In this document: positions 42,714 through 53,371 of the stretch, in pieces
Layout: every line of letters starts with the position of its first letter
How positions within the stretch are numbered: position 1 is the first letter of the stretch
From: Thermoanaerobaculia bacterium
Lineage (GTDB): Bacteria > Acidobacteriota > Thermoanaerobaculia > Gp7-AA8
Assembly (NCBI GenBank): GCA_035546335.1
Contig: DATKDP010000016.1
Location: 135,380 to 199,379 of the forward strand
Reading direction: 5' to 3'
DNA: 64,000 nt
Translations under genes and position numbers: made by a program
The notes under the pieces: model-generated
What the model saw: the letters and a program-made list of their open reading frames with translations, nothing else
Database searches by the model: none
Told to the model about the DNA's origin: nothing

Positions 42714-43772
42714 GTGTTCTTCTCAAAGAGCAAAAATGTCGTCGGTCTTGATATCGGCTCCTCAGCAATCAAGCTCGTCGAGCTGAAGGAGAAGAAAGCA
42801 AACAGCTTTCAGCTCCTGAAGGTCGGACTCGAGCAGCTGTCGCCCGAGGCCATCGTGGACGGTTCGATCATGGATTCGTCCCTGGTCGTCGACACGATCC
42901 AACGCCTGAACGCCTCCCAGGCGGTGAAGAATTCCAACTTCGCGACCTCGCTTTCGGGCCACTCGGTGATCATCAAAAAGATCTCGCTCCCGGCAATGTC
43001 CGCCGAAGAGCTCGCCGAGTCGATCCAGTGGGAAGCGGAGCAGTACATCCCCTTCGACATCAATGACGTCAACCTCGACTACGTTCCCCTGACTCCCCCG
43101 GGAACCGGCGAGAACATCGAGGTCATTCTCGTCGCCGTCAAGAAAGAGAAGATCAACGACTACACGTCGGTGATCGGCCAGGCGGGCAAAATGCCGGTGC
43201 TCGTCGACGTCGATGCGTTCGCTGTCCAGAACTGTTACGAGATGAACTACTCGATCGACGAGGGGCGGGTTCTCGCCCTGGTCAACATCGGCGCGTCGGT
43301 CACCAACGTGAACATTCTGCAGGGGACGACCTCGCTGTTCTGGCGCGACATCACCTTCGGAGGAAATCAATACACCGACGCGATTCAGCGTGAGCTGAAC
43401 CTTTCGTTCACGCAGGCCGAATCGCTCAAGCGCGGTGAACAGGTCGCCGATCGGAACATCCAGCAGGTGATTCCGATCCTGAACTCCGTCTCGGAGGACT
43501 TCGCGGGAGAGTTGCGCAAAACGCTCGACTTCTTCACCGCCACCTCGGGGGCCGACCGCGTGGACGAGCTGGTGCTCGCCGGCGGTGGGGCGACCGTTCT
43601 GAATCTCGATTCGATTCTGCGCGACAAGTTCGCGCTTCCGGTCGAGATCATGAATCCATTCAGAAACGTGACGTTCAGCGAGAGCGAGTTCAATCCCGAA
43701 TGGATCGCCGAGGTGGGGCCCAGCATGGCGGTGGCGGTGGGTCTGGCGATCAGGAAGTTGGGTGACGCGTGA
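42714..43772 (+). CDS. pilM: Type IV pilus assembly protein PilM (actin-like ATPase fold)
   Basis: VVGLDIGSSAIKLVEL ... conserved PilM order and length. GTG start. Confidence 0.85.
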   Translation: MFFSKSKNVVGLDIGSSAIKLVELKEKKANSFQLLKVGLEQLSPEAIVDGSIMDSSLVVDTIQRLNASQAVKNSNFATSLSGHSVIIKKISLPAMSAEELAESIQWEAEQYIPFDINDVNLDYVPLTPPGTGENIEVILVAVKKEKINDYTSVIGQAGKMPVLVDVDAFAVQNCYEMNYSIDEGRVLALVNIGASVTNVNILQGTTSLFWRDITFGGNQYTDAIQRELNLSFTQAESLKRGEQVADRNIQQVIPILNSVSEDFAGELRKTLDFFTATSGADRVDELVLAGGGATVLNLDSILRDKFALPVEIMNPFRNVTFSESEFNPEWIAEVGPSMAVAVGLAIRKLGDA

Positions 43773-44431
43773 TCAAGATCAATCTGATTCGGGAAGGACG
43801 TGCGGCGGTTCGGGGTCCGATTCCCGCGGGCGTCTCCCCGTCGGGCCCGAGCAGCGTCAACAACACACTGCTGGTGGGTCTCATCATCGTCGGCGTTCTC
43901 GTTTCGGGTGCGTACTGGATGCTGAAGGACCGCGAAAAGAAGGCCAAGGAGGCTCTGGTCGTGAGCCAGCGGGAGCAGGCGGCCAAGCTCGAAAAAATCA
44001 TCGCCGAAGTCGAGCGCTTCCAGAGACGGAAGGACATGCTCCAGAAGCGGATCGATCTGATCAACGAGCTGAAGCGGAATCAGAAGGGGCCCGTCCGCGT
44101 GCTCGACCGCATCAGCCAGGACCTGCCCGATCTGGTCTGGCTCGACAGGATGACGCTCACCGGCGCCAGGATCGATCTGAACGGGCGCGCACTCAATCCG
44201 AATGCGTTCGCGAACTACGTCGAGAACATCAAATCGGATCCGATGTTCGATGAGCCGGAAGTCGGTGCGGTTCGCGAATCCGGCCGGACGGCCGGAGGAG
44301 CCAGTGTCTACACCTGGAACATGTCGTTCAATTTCCGATGGGCGCCGGCTGCCGAAGTGACGCCGGCCAGCTCGCCTGGCGAGCCGGCCGAAGCCGGGGG
44401 CGACGCGGTCGAAGCGCCGCCTGCGAGTTAG
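43769..44431 (+). CDS. pilN: Type IV pilus assembly protein PilN
   Basis: MIKINLI ... single TM then coiled coil. Overlaps the pilM stop (GTGA). Confidence 0.8.
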   Translation: MIKINLIREGRAAVRGPIPAGVSPSGPSSVNNTLLVGLIIVGVLVSGAYWMLKDREKKAKEALVVSQREQAAKLEKIIAEVERFQRRKDMLQKRIDLINELKRNQKGPVRVLDRISQDLPDLVWLDRMTLTGARIDLNGRALNPNAFANYVENIKSDPMFDEPEVGAVRESGRTAGGASVYTWNMSFNFRWAPAAEVTPASSPGEPAEAGGDAVEAPPAS

Positions 44432-44441
44432 GAGAGGATGG

Positions 44442-45065
44442 ATGGCGATTACGACCGGACTCGAAGAAAAGCCGTGGTACTACGGAGTCGGTGTCGGCCT
44501 GGTCGTGGCCATCGCCCTGGTTGCCGCCACGCATTACCTCCTGGTGACGAAGATCAACGAGGAGATCGTGGCGAAGGATCGCGAGCTCGACGAGCTCGCC
44601 AAGAAGATCGAAGCCGGACGTGCCGCAGAGAAGAAGCTTCCGCAGTTCCGGGAGGAAGTGGCGCGCCTCGAGCTCGAGCTGGAAAAGCTGCGGAGAATCC
44701 TCCCCTCGACGCGCAACACCGAGGAGATGATCAAGAAGATCAAATCGCTGGTCGATCAGGGCGATTTCACCCTGCGCAGTCTCGTCTTCCCGAGGCTTGC
44801 GACGGGAGGGGGCGAGGACATCTACGCCGAGTGGCCCATCTCGGTCTCGGTCGAGGGCGGCTTCCACAACCTGGCGATTCTGTTCAATCGTCTCGGCAAC
44901 TTCTCGCGTATCGTCAACGTCGAGCGTTTCACCATCACGGCTCTGGGGGCGCAGGCGACCAATACGATCGCCGTGGAGTTCATCGCCAAGACGTTCGTCT
45001 ACATGGAACCGAAGGATGAGGTGCCGGCAGCGACGGGCAAGGCGAAGCCGGGGGGAGGGAAGTAA
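44442..45065 (+). CDS. pilO: Type IV pilus assembly protein PilO
   Basis: N-terminal TM, coiled coil, C-terminal PilO fold. GGAGAGG RBS. Confidence 0.75.
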   Translation: MAITTGLEEKPWYYGVGVGLVVAIALVAATHYLLVTKINEEIVAKDRELDELAKKIEAGRAAEKKLPQFREEVARLELELEKLRRILPSTRNTEEMIKKIKSLVDQGDFTLRSLVFPRLATGGGEDIYAEWPISVSVEGGFHNLAILFNRLGNFSRIVNVERFTITALGAQATNTIAVEFIAKTFVYMEPKDEVPAATGKAKPGGGK

Positions 45066-45589
45066 TGGGTGAGTCGCGGTTCTGCTCGAAGATCGTGCGC
45101 GTCGCGATGGCACTGTCGCTGTTTGCGCTCTTTGGAAATCTGATGGCGCAGCAGGAACAACCTCCCGCGCCCGCGGCGGGAGAAGAGGTCCTGCAACAGA
45201 ATCTCCAGGAAATTCTCGAGGAGCGAGAGGCTCCCGATTCCTACCGCTACGATCCGCAGGGTCGTCGCGATCCTTTCCGATCGCTGATCGGTCCGACTCC
45301 GAAGCTCAGTCGTGAGAACGCACCCCCGGGACCGCCCGGGTTCCTCATCGACGAGATGAATCTGATCGGAATCGTCAAGGGGAAGCAGGGGCTGACGGCG
45401 ATGGTCCGTGGTCCCGACAACAATGGGTATCTGCTGCGAGCCGGCGAGAAGGTGTTCGATGGCGAAGTCATTCGAATCACGCCGAACTCCGTCGTATTCC
45501 GCCAGGAAGTCAACGATCCGACCCGCATCGAGCGGTATCGTGAGGTCGTCAAGGAGCTGAAGGCGCAGGCAAGCGGCAAGAAGCGTTGA
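45065..45589 (+). CDS. pilP: Type IV pilus assembly lipoprotein PilP
   Basis: Signal peptide. C-terminal LIGIVKGKQGLTAMV ... VFDGEVIRITPNSVVF beta-domain. TAATG overlap with pilO. Confidence 0.7.
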   Translation: MGESRFCSKIVRVAMALSLFALFGNLMAQQEQPPAPAAGEEVLQQNLQEILEEREAPDSYRYDPQGRRDPFRSLIGPTPKLSRENAPPGPPGFLIDEMNLIGIVKGKQGLTAMVRGPDNNGYLLRAGEKVFDGEVIRITPNSVVFRQEVNDPTRIERYREVVKELKAQASGKKR

Positions 45590-45626
45590 AACATCGGATG
45601 CGAGTTGGTGTGTGGAGGGCCGTGTG

Positions 45627-48071
45627 ATGGTGAAGCTGGGGGGCAAGATGAAAGCACTACATCTCCTTCTTCTCGGAGGAGTGATCGCGTTCGGTGTTCA
45701 CTGCGCTTCGAGCGGGCCGATCGGATCATCGCAGTCCGATGCGCCCGACGCGTCGCTCTCCGCCAGTGCGCTCGTGTCGGTGCGCGCCGAGCCGGCTCCG
45801 ATTCCAAGAATCGTCCTGCAGACGACGGGCTCTCCTTCGTATACTTCCTATAGTCCGCAGCCCGAAGTGTTCGTCGTCGATCTCCCCCGGACATCCAAGG
45901 CGCCCGATCTCGTGCTGCCGCCTCCGGCTGACTGGCCGGCTTTCATCACCACGCTCACGGCGTACGAAGCGGTGGAGCTCGGCAGTCCGCTCACTCGCGT
46001 CACCATCCGAACCGACCGGAAGGTCTCGCCCAGAACTCAGGTGATCGACGGTGGCGTCACCATCGAATTCGACGAAGCGACCGCAGAATCGCTCGCTCCT
46101 CCGGAGCTCATCGAGCCCGAGCCGGTCGTCGTCGTCGATCAGATCACCTCCCCCGCAGCCTCTCAGTCCGCTCCCGCCGTTCGCTTCACGGGAGTCGAGG
46201 ATCGCGTCACCCCGGGAGCGCCGAAGGCGACGCGGCTGTTCGGCGTTCGGACCAGCGGCTCCGGCCCTTCGCTGGTGATCATTCTCGAGACCAATGGGGT
46301 CGCAGAGTACAAGGCGTTCCGCCTTTCCAGTCCCGAACGGATCGTCATCGATCTTTCCGGCGTGAAGAATGTCGCCCGCGAGAAGACCATGCCGCTGGGT
46401 GATCCCTACGTCAAGAGAATCCGTCTTTCTCAGTTCGCCACCTCGCCCCAGGAAGTCACCCGTGTCGTGCTCGATCTCGACGAGGTCGTCGACTATCGGC
46501 TGACCAAGGGGAATGAATCGCTGAAGCTCTCGTTCGGCGATGCGCCGATCGCTCCACCGGAAGCCATCGCCGTGCAGTCTGCCGGCAATCCCGCGCCGAA
46601 CAGGCCGGCCCGTTCAGGGGATCTCGTCGAGCAGATTCCGGCGATTGCCGAATCGTACGTTCCGAGCTCCCGCCCGGCGCCAGCGATCACGCACGTCGTG
46701 AATGCACCGCAGGAGCCGGCCGCGCCGCCGCGCCGCCCGACCACGACCCTCACGCCGCCGGCCTCGGACGATGTCTTCATCGAGCCGACCGAGCGAAGGG
46801 CCGCGACGATCGGGGGAACGATCAGCGGGGCTGGCAGCCGGCGATTGAGCGGCGCCGAAAGAATCTATACCGGAGAGCCGATCGATCTGAACCTCAAGGA
46901 CGCCGACATCAAGGATGTCCTTCGCCTCTTCGCGCAGCTCACCGGACTGAACATCGCAATCGACCCGCAGGTCTCGGGAACGGTGACGGTCGACTTCGCT
47001 GGTGTGCCGTGGGACCAGGCTCTCGAGCTGATCCTCCGTCAGAACGGGCTCGCCTTCGAGCTCGACGGGAACGTCATGCGCATCGGAACGCTGGCGCGCC
47101 TGAGCGCCGAGCAGGCGCAGGAGCGCAAGCTCGAGGAGGACAAGCGTCTCAACGTTCCGCTGACGACGATCAGCCACAAGCTCTCCTACGCCAGGGCTGG
47201 CGACATCCAGGGGCTGCTGAAAGACATCGCCTCACCGCGGGCGAAGATCGTCATCGACAGCCGCACGAATCAGCTGATCATCACCGAGATCCCCGAGTAT
47301 CTGCAGACGATGCTCAACATGATCGAGACGATCGACATCGCGACTCCGCAGGTGGTCATCGAGGCGAGGATCGTCGAGACGACGAAGAACTTCTCGCGCC
47401 AGCTCGGTGTCTCGTGGGGATTCCAGGGAGCGCTCGATCCTGCGCTCGGTACCGGAACCGGACTGCAGTTCCCGAACCGCATCGGCTTCGAAGGAGGTCC
47501 CTTCGACTTCGGCAGCGGAAACTCGATCATCAGTCTCACTCTGGGCAACGTGCTCGGAACGTTCGATCTCGATCTGATCCTGACGGCCGCCGAGAACGAG
47601 GGTCTGGTCCGCATCGTCTCCGCACCGAAGGTGACGACCCAGGACAACGAACAGGCCGACATCGAGAGCGGCGTTCAGATCCCGCTGCAGACCCGGGTGA
47701 ATTTCACGACGACGGTCACCTACATCAATGCCACGCTGCGGCTTGGAGTGCGCCCGCAGATCACCGAGGCGGGGACGGTGATCATGGAGATTCAGGTGCA
47801 GAAGGTGGAGCCGGCACTCGGTCTTCAGGTCGTGGGAACAGCCAACTCTCCGCTGCTCACGCGCCGGGCCCAGACCAAGCTGATGGTGCGCGACGGTGGC
47901 ACGACGGTGATCGGTGGAATCTATCAGGCGACCGAGAACCAGGCGCAATCGCGTGTCCCCTTCGTCCACTCGATCCCGGTGATCGGCAATCTGTTCAAGA
48001 ATCGAAACTTCGATACGCGGCATGACGAGCTGTTGATCTTCATCACTCCGCGCATCGTACGGAATACCTGA
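45627..48071 (+). CDS. pilQ: Type IV pilus secretin PilQ with N-terminal AMIN domains
   Basis: Two AMIN-like domains, N0/N1, and C-terminal secretin core (VVIEARIVETT ... VSAPKVTTQDNEQADIESG ... LIFITPRIV). GGAGG 9 nt upstream of ATG 45627. Confidence 0.85.
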   Translation: MVKLGGKMKALHLLLLGGVIAFGVHCASSGPIGSSQSDAPDASLSASALVSVRAEPAPIPRIVLQTTGSPSYTSYSPQPEVFVVDLPRTSKAPDLVLPPPADWPAFITTLTAYEAVELGSPLTRVTIRTDRKVSPRTQVIDGGVTIEFDEATAESLAPPELIEPEPVVVVDQITSPAASQSAPAVRFTGVEDRVTPGAPKATRLFGVRTSGSGPSLVIILETNGVAEYKAFRLSSPERIVIDLSGVKNVAREKTMPLGDPYVKRIRLSQFATSPQEVTRVVLDLDEVVDYRLTKGNESLKLSFGDAPIAPPEAIAVQSAGNPAPNRPARSGDLVEQIPAIAESYVPSSRPAPAITHVVNAPQEPAAPPRRPTTTLTPPASDDVFIEPTERRAATIGGTISGAGSRRLSGAERIYTGEPIDLNLKDADIKDVLRLFAQLTGLNIAIDPQVSGTVTVDFAGVPWDQALELILRQNGLAFELDGNVMRIGTLARLSAEQAQERKLEEDKRLNVPLTTISHKLSYARAGDIQGLLKDIASPRAKIVIDSRTNQLIITEIPEYLQTMLNMIETIDIATPQVVIEARIVETTKNFSRQLGVSWGFQGALDPALGTGTGLQFPNRIGFEGGPFDFGSGNSIISLTLGNVLGTFDLDLILTAAENEGLVRIVSAPKVTTQDNEQADIESGVQIPLQTRVNFTTTVTYINATLRLGVRPQITEAGTVIMEIQVQKVEPALGLQVVGTANSPLLTRRAQTKLMVRDGGTTVIGGIYQATENQAQSRVPFVHSIPVIGNLFKNRNFDTRHDELLIFITPRIVRNT

Positions 48072-48172
48072 GAAGGAAGATGGAACGAACGAGGCGGAGG
48101 GAGAGAGAGATGAGGCATCAGGGCTCGTTCATGAGATCCCGCTGCGGCGCTGCGTTCGAATCGGAGGCGACG

Positions 48173-48730
48173 ATGTTGCGAAGAATCGTGGTGTTGGCAT
48201 TCGCGGCCCTGACTGCTTCGCTGAGCTTCTCGTGCAGCGAGATCAGCCGCGACACGGCTCCGGTGGAGATGGTCGCCACCGTCAATCAGGAGATTCAGCT
48301 GATCGACTTCGCCGATGCAGGCTGCGGCGACCTCGGCACCATTCTCCTGCGGGCGATCACCAAGAGGACGGACGTCAGCGATACACGCTTTCTCGACATT
48401 CGGCTGCAGCGGCTTCGCGTCTCCTATGTGAGAACCGATGGCGGGAGCCTGATTCCGCAGCCGTTCGTCCAGACGATCTCGGGAATCCTTCCCGTGAACG
48501 GCACGGCGACGCTGAACCGCTTCTTCGTCTTCGAAGTCAATGCGTTGACGCAGGCGCCCTTCGCGGCGCTCCAGCCCAACAACGGTGGTATCGATCCCGA
48601 GACCGGGCAGCCCTTCGTGAAGATGGATGTCATTCTCGAGATCTTCGGTGAGACTCTTTCGGGAGAGAACGTCGCAACCACGGCACGTTTCCCTCTCACG
48701 TTCTGCTTCAACTGCGGAGGTTGTCGATAA
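48173..48730 (+). CDS. Lipoprotein of unknown function with Cys-rich C-terminus
   Basis: Lipobox LSFSCSE after signal peptide MLRRIVVLAFAALTA. Ends CFNCGGCR. Immediately downstream of pilQ. Confidence 0.45.
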   Translation: MLRRIVVLAFAALTASLSFSCSEISRDTAPVEMVATVNQEIQLIDFADAGCGDLGTILLRAITKRTDVSDTRFLDIRLQRLRVSYVRTDGGSLIPQPFVQTISGILPVNGTATLNRFFVFEVNALTQAPFAALQPNNGGIDPETGQPFVKMDVILEIFGETLSGENVATTARFPLTFCFNCGGCR

Positions 48731-48814
48731 CCAGCAATCGGCGTGACCATCAGACGCTCGATGAGGTACCGATTCATGCCAGGGGCGGGTGCAGGCGAGA
48801 TTATGGGGGATAGG

Positions 48815-51800
48815 ATGAAGACAATGCTTCGTTGGTCACTGATTTCGGCGCTGCTTGCGCTTGTACTGAGCGTCTTTGCCGCATGTCAGGGAGAGTCGCC
48901 GACGGCGCCGCCTCCGGGCGGTGGAGGCGGCACACCCCCGCCGGCCGGCGCGACCGTCACGATCACCGTCTCGAATCCCAATCCCCTGGTCTCCTCGATC
49001 ACCAACGTCACCGCCACGGTGACGCAGGGGGGAGCCCCCGTTCCGAACGGCACCGCGGTGGAATTCAGTACCAACCTCGGGACCTTCGAGGACAGCGGCA
49101 CGCAGACGACCATCCGCACGACGACCAACGGAGCGGCGACTGCCGTCCTCACGTCGGCCACGGCGGGTGTGGCGACCATCACCGTGCGAGTCAACAACGT
49201 GACACGGACTGCGACCGTGACGTTCCGCGATCGGACGCCGGACCCCGTACCGCCCGATCTGACCCTTGCGATCACGAGCATCACGCCCAGCAGCGGGCCT
49301 CCTGCCGGAGGCCAAGTCGTCACACTGAGGGGACGAAACATCCGCGAGCCGCTGCGCGTCCTGTTCGGGAATCAGGAAGCGCGCGTCATCTCCTTCACCG
49401 AGACCGAGATCAAGGTGGTCGTTCCTCCGATCAATCTCGGGACCGCCGAGCAGGCGCGCGAGGTGACCGTCACCGTATTCGGCGAGGCCGGCACCACGAG
49501 CGAGCAGCAGGCGACCGCACCGCAGCCGTTCCGCTACGAGCTCGATATTCTCACGCCGCAGATCACCGTCGTCACGCCGACGACGGGACCGAACGAGGGG
49601 AATACCCGCGTCACGATCATCGGGTCGGGCTTCCAGTCGCCGCTCAAGGTGTTCTTCGGCGCCGGCCCAACGGTCGTCGAGGCGCAGGTGCTCAGCGTCA
49701 ACTTCTCGCAGATCGTGGTGATGACGCCGCCTGCGACCGGGCTCGGCGCCGGTCTGCAGAACACGGTTGTCCCGGTTCGCGTCCTCAACGTGGCCTCGAA
49801 CACCGAAGCGACGCTGGCCGCGGCATTCCGCTACGGCCCGCTGATTCAGGTCAATGCGATCACGCCGGCCGATGGCCCGATCACGGGTGGAACGAGAATC
49901 ACCATCGATGGCTGGGGCTTCGACGAACCGGTGGCCGTCTCCATCGGCGGACGCAGTGCTCAGGTCATCAGCGTTTCCGGGACGCAGATCATCGTCATCG
50001 CGTCGGCGGTGCCGACTGCCGCGTGTGCGGATATCGTGAACCAGGCAGTCGTCGTCACGAACATCGAAGAGGGAACGAGCGCGACGTCACCATTCGGCTT
50101 CAACTTCCGCGTTCTTCCCGCACTCATCACTTCGATCACGCCGAATCCGGTCATCGAGGGTGGCGTCGTCACCATCGGGGTGACCAATGCCGGAACGGGT
50201 GTCATCCGTTTGACCATCGGCGGTCAGCCGGTCGTGCCCACCGCGGTCTCCTCGGTCGGAAACGTCACGAACTTCACGGTTCCCGTTCCGACGACGCTGG
50301 TTCTCAACGAAGAGGACTGCCCTGGAGGCGGAAAGAAATTCGTCGATACGCAGTTCGACGTCGGATTCCAGAATCTCTCGACCGGCTGCGCGAACGTATT
50401 GCCTCTCGGGGTGACGATCACGCCGCTCGATACCAGCTGCCGGCTCGGCCCCGACGCCGCCATGACCATCGATCGCTCGAACTTCACGGCCAACGTCGGT
50501 GAGTGCCAGGACGGGAACCTTACGGTGAAGAACATCGGAACGGATCCGCTGGTCATCTCCTCGATCACGAGCGACAAGCCGGAGTTCACGATCATCGGAG
50601 TGGTTCCGGGGACGACGCTCGCTCCCGATGCCAGTGTGACGTACATCGTGCGGTTCTGTCCCACGGTGCCCGGGGTCATCACGGCGAACATCACGCTCGT
50701 CTCGAATGACCCGACCCCGCCCGATCCGCTCATCGTCCAGGGCGCGACGAACATCCCGGACGCCGTGCTCACGATCGACAAGACGAACTACATCGCCGAC
50801 CTCGGCGGAACCGACGACGGTATTCTGACCGTGACGAACACCGGCACAGGGCCGTTGAATCTCTCGTCGATCTCCATCAGCGATCCCGAATTCTCGATCG
50901 TCACCGGCGGGCCGAATCCCGGCACGTTGCCGACGGTGATTGCGGCAGGGGACAACCGTACCTACATCGTTCGCTATGCGCCGACGGATACGGTGCCCGA
51001 CACCGCGCAGATCACGATCACGAGCAACGATCCGACTCCGCCGCCGCCGATCACCATCCAGGGGACGACGACGGCTCCCGACATCGCGCTGTCGATCTCG
51101 AAGACCGATTACAACGCGTGTCCTGGTCCTGGTGGCGTTCCCCCCACCGATACAGGAATACTGACCATTACGAACGTGGGCACCGGACCGCTCACCGTGA
51201 CCGCGATCCTGATCAGCGACACGGAGTTCTCGGTCTCCGGCGACTTTGCCACATCCATCGCCGCAGGTGCTTCGCGAGACTACACGATTACATACACACC
51301 AACGGATACCATTGCCGACACGGCGACCATCACCATCGTCAGCAACGATCCGGTCCCCCCGCCGCCGCTCACGATCACCGGCTCGGCCGACCCGCAGGAT
51401 ACGGGAGTCGCGATCACCAAGACCGACTACAACGCGTGTGTCGGCGGTACGCCCGACACAGGCACGCTCACGATCACCAATATCGGCTGTGCCGACCTGG
51501 TGATCAGTGCGATCACCGTTTCCGATCTCGAGTTCACCGTCACCGGTACTATTCCGATTACGCTCGCCCCTGGTGATTTCGCTGATTACACCGTCACCTA
51601 CACGCCGACGGACACGGTCGACGACCCTGCCACGATCACCATCACCAGCAACGACCCGACGCCGCCGGCGCCGATTGCCATCCAGGGCAAGTCGGGCGTC
51701 CAGGATGCGGGTGTGAGCATCGGCCGGACGACCTACGCAGCGTGTCTCGGTGACACCGACACGGCAACCGACACCCTGCGCGTCGACAACCTCGGATGCG

Positions 51801-53257
51801 CTCCCCTGACGGTCAACGCCATCAGTTCATCCGATCCGGAGTTCAACGTTCCGTCGGCGTTCCCGCAGGTCATTCCGGCCGGCGGCTTCGCGCTCTTCAC
51901 AGTCGAATACACGCCGACCGATCTGGTTGTCGACAACGCGACGCTCACGGTCGTCAGCAACGATCCGACTCCGCCGCCGGCGATCAATGTCACAGGCTCG
52001 GCGCTCGTGCCAAACGCACTGCTGACGCCGGAGAAGAACGCCTTTGCAGCATGCTTCGGCGAAACCGACGTGGCGGACATCACCGTTACGAATACCGGTG
52101 ACTGCGATCTGGAGGTCACCGCGATCACGAGCAATCGTGACGAGTTCACCATCGATACATCCACGCTGCCCGATACGATCGCCCCGGGCGACTCCGTGTC
52201 GTACGAGGTCACCTTCACCGCTCCAATGACCGGTGTGGTGAATGCACAGATCACCTTCGTCACGAACGACCCGACTCCTCCGGGACCGGTCGCTCTGACA
52301 GGTACGGCGCTCGAGCCGAATGCTCTGCTCGAGATCGCTCCGTCGACTGTCTTTGCGTGCGTAGGCTCTACCGCGACGACGAACCTCAGGATCACGAATA
52401 CCGGCACGTGTGACCTCGAGGTGACGAATCTCACGAGCAGCCATCCGACCTTCACGATCGACACGTCCACCTTGCCCGATACGATCGCGGCGGGGGCATT
52501 CCTCGACTACGAGATTACCTACACGCCGACTGTCAACGGCACGGTCAACGCGACGATCACGGCAACCACGAACGACCCGACGCCTCCCGGACCGGCGAGT
52601 GTCACCGGCATTACAGACCCGGCGCCCAACGCCTCGATGACCATCAGCAAGCAGACGTATTCTGCCGAGATCGGGAGCACGGATACCGGTGTACTCACGA
52701 TCACCAACACCGGCTGCTCGACGTTGCAGGTGAACGCGATCAACTCGACCGACTCGGAGTTCCAGGTGACCGGCCTCTCCGGAACGATTCCGGGAACCAT
52801 CGCACCAGGTGATTCCGAAACCTACACGGTCACCTACGCCCCGGTGGACAACGAGCCCGACAGCTCGAATCTGACACTCGACAGCAATGACCCGACCCCG
52901 CCGGCGGCCATCCCCGTGACCGGCAGCGTACCGCCGAACGCCGTTCTGGCGATCGACAAGACGATCTACTTCGTTCCGGTGGCACCGGGGACGGACACCG
53001 GGACGATCACGGTGACCAATACAGGAGGTGGGAGCCTGATCGTTCTCAGCATTACCGACGCATTCGATCCGAGTAACCGTTTCACCTACAGTGGACCGTT
53101 CGGCGTCGGGATACCCCCGAATACGAGCTTGATGTTCACGGTCACGTATACGGCTCCGGCTGCCGACGTTACAGCGGGGGTCGAGATCACGGTCAACACG
53201 AACGATCCGACCCCGCCGCCGGCACCCCACTTCATCGTGAGTGGGTCCTCACCGTAG
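48815..53257 (+). CDS. Giant cell-surface protein (about 1480 aa): lipoprotein signal, about four IPT/TIG domains, then about ten repeated choice-of-anchor-D / ASH-like Ig-fold domains
   Basis: Signal MKTMLRWSLISALLALVLSVFAAC. IPT/TIG (ITSITPSSGPPAGGQVVTLRGRN ... , VTPTTGPNEGNTRVTIIGSGF ...). Repeated roughly 100-aa units (ILTITNTGTGPL ... SDPEF ... PTDT ... ITITSNDPTPP). Confidence 0.7.
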   Translation: MKTMLRWSLISALLALVLSVFAACQGESPTAPPPGGGGGTPPPAGATVTITVSNPNPLVSSITNVTATVTQGGAPVPNGTAVEFSTNLGTFEDSGTQTTIRTTTNGAATAVLTSATAGVATITVRVNNVTRTATVTFRDRTPDPVPPDLTLAITSITPSSGPPAGGQVVTLRGRNIREPLRVLFGNQEARVISFTETEIKVVVPPINLGTAEQAREVTVTVFGEAGTTSEQQATAPQPFRYELDILTPQITVVTPTTGPNEGNTRVTIIGSGFQSPLKVFFGAGPTVVEAQVLSVNFSQIVVMTPPATGLGAGLQNTVVPVRVLNVASNTEATLAAAFRYGPLIQVNAITPADGPITGGTRITIDGWGFDEPVAVSIGGRSAQVISVSGTQIIVIASAVPTAACADIVNQAVVVTNIEEGTSATSPFGFNFRVLPALITSITPNPVIEGGVVTIGVTNAGTGVIRLTIGGQPVVPTAVSSVGNVTNFTVPVPTTLVLNEEDCPGGGKKFVDTQFDVGFQNLSTGCANVLPLGVTITPLDTSCRLGPDAAMTIDRSNFTANVGECQDGNLTVKNIGTDPLVISSITSDKPEFTIIGVVPGTTLAPDASVTYIVRFCPTVPGVITANITLVSNDPTPPDPLIVQGATNIPDAVLTIDKTNYIADLGGTDDGILTVTNTGTGPLNLSSISISDPEFSIVTGGPNPGTLPTVIAAGDNRTYIVRYAPTDTVPDTAQITITSNDPTPPPPITIQGTTTAPDIALSISKTDYNACPGPGGVPPTDTGILTITNVGTGPLTVTAILISDTEFSVSGDFATSIAAGASRDYTITYTPTDTIADTATITIVSNDPVPPPPLTITGSADPQDTGVAITKTDYNACVGGTPDTGTLTITNIGCADLVISAITVSDLEFTVTGTIPITLAPGDFADYTVTYTPTDTVDDPATITITSNDPTPPAPIAIQGKSGVQDAGVSIGRTTYAACLGDTDTATDTLRVDNLGCAPLTVNAISSSDPEFNVPSAFPQVIPAGGFALFTVEYTPTDLVVDNATLTVVSNDPTPPPAINVTGSALVPNALLTPEKNAFAACFGETDVADITVTNTGDCDLEVTAITSNRDEFTIDTSTLPDTIAPGDSVSYEVTFTAPMTGVVNAQITFVTNDPTPPGPVALTGTALEPNALLEIAPSTVFACVGSTATTNLRITNTGTCDLEVTNLTSSHPTFTIDTSTLPDTIAAGAFLDYEITYTPTVNGTVNATITATTNDPTPPGPASVTGITDPAPNASMTISKQTYSAEIGSTDTGVLTITNTGCSTLQVNAINSTDSEFQVTGLSGTIPGTIAPGDSETYTVTYAPVDNEPDSSNLTLDSNDPTPPAAIPVTGSVPPNAVLAIDKTIYFVPVAPGTDTGTITVTNTGGGSLIVLSITDAFDPSNRFTYSGPFGVGIPPNTSLMFTVTYTAPAADVTAGVEITVNTNDPTPPPAPHFIVSGSSP

Positions 53258-53286
53258 TCGGTGAGGTCGAATATTGAACCGACTCC

Positions 53287-53316
53287 GAAATGACCGCCCG
53301 CAAGGGCGGTCATTTC
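53287..53316. terminator. Strong hairpin downstream of the giant surface-protein gene
   Basis: GAAATGACCGCCC-gcaa-GGGCGGTCATTTC: perfect 13-bp stem with GNRA-like loop, 30 nt after the stop codon. Confidence 0.5.
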
Positions 53317-53371
53317 ACGTCAGGCAGCCCCGGGCAGGGCGGAACAATTGTTGCGCTGACAACGGCTTCAA

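Noticed and set aside
47009-53230. Many long plus and minus ORFs within pilQ and the giant surface-protein gene (for example 48832-50502 and 51827-53230)
   Set aside because: Generated by the repetitive, Thr/Pro/Gly-rich coding sequence. Translations are Arg/Gly/His low-complexity.
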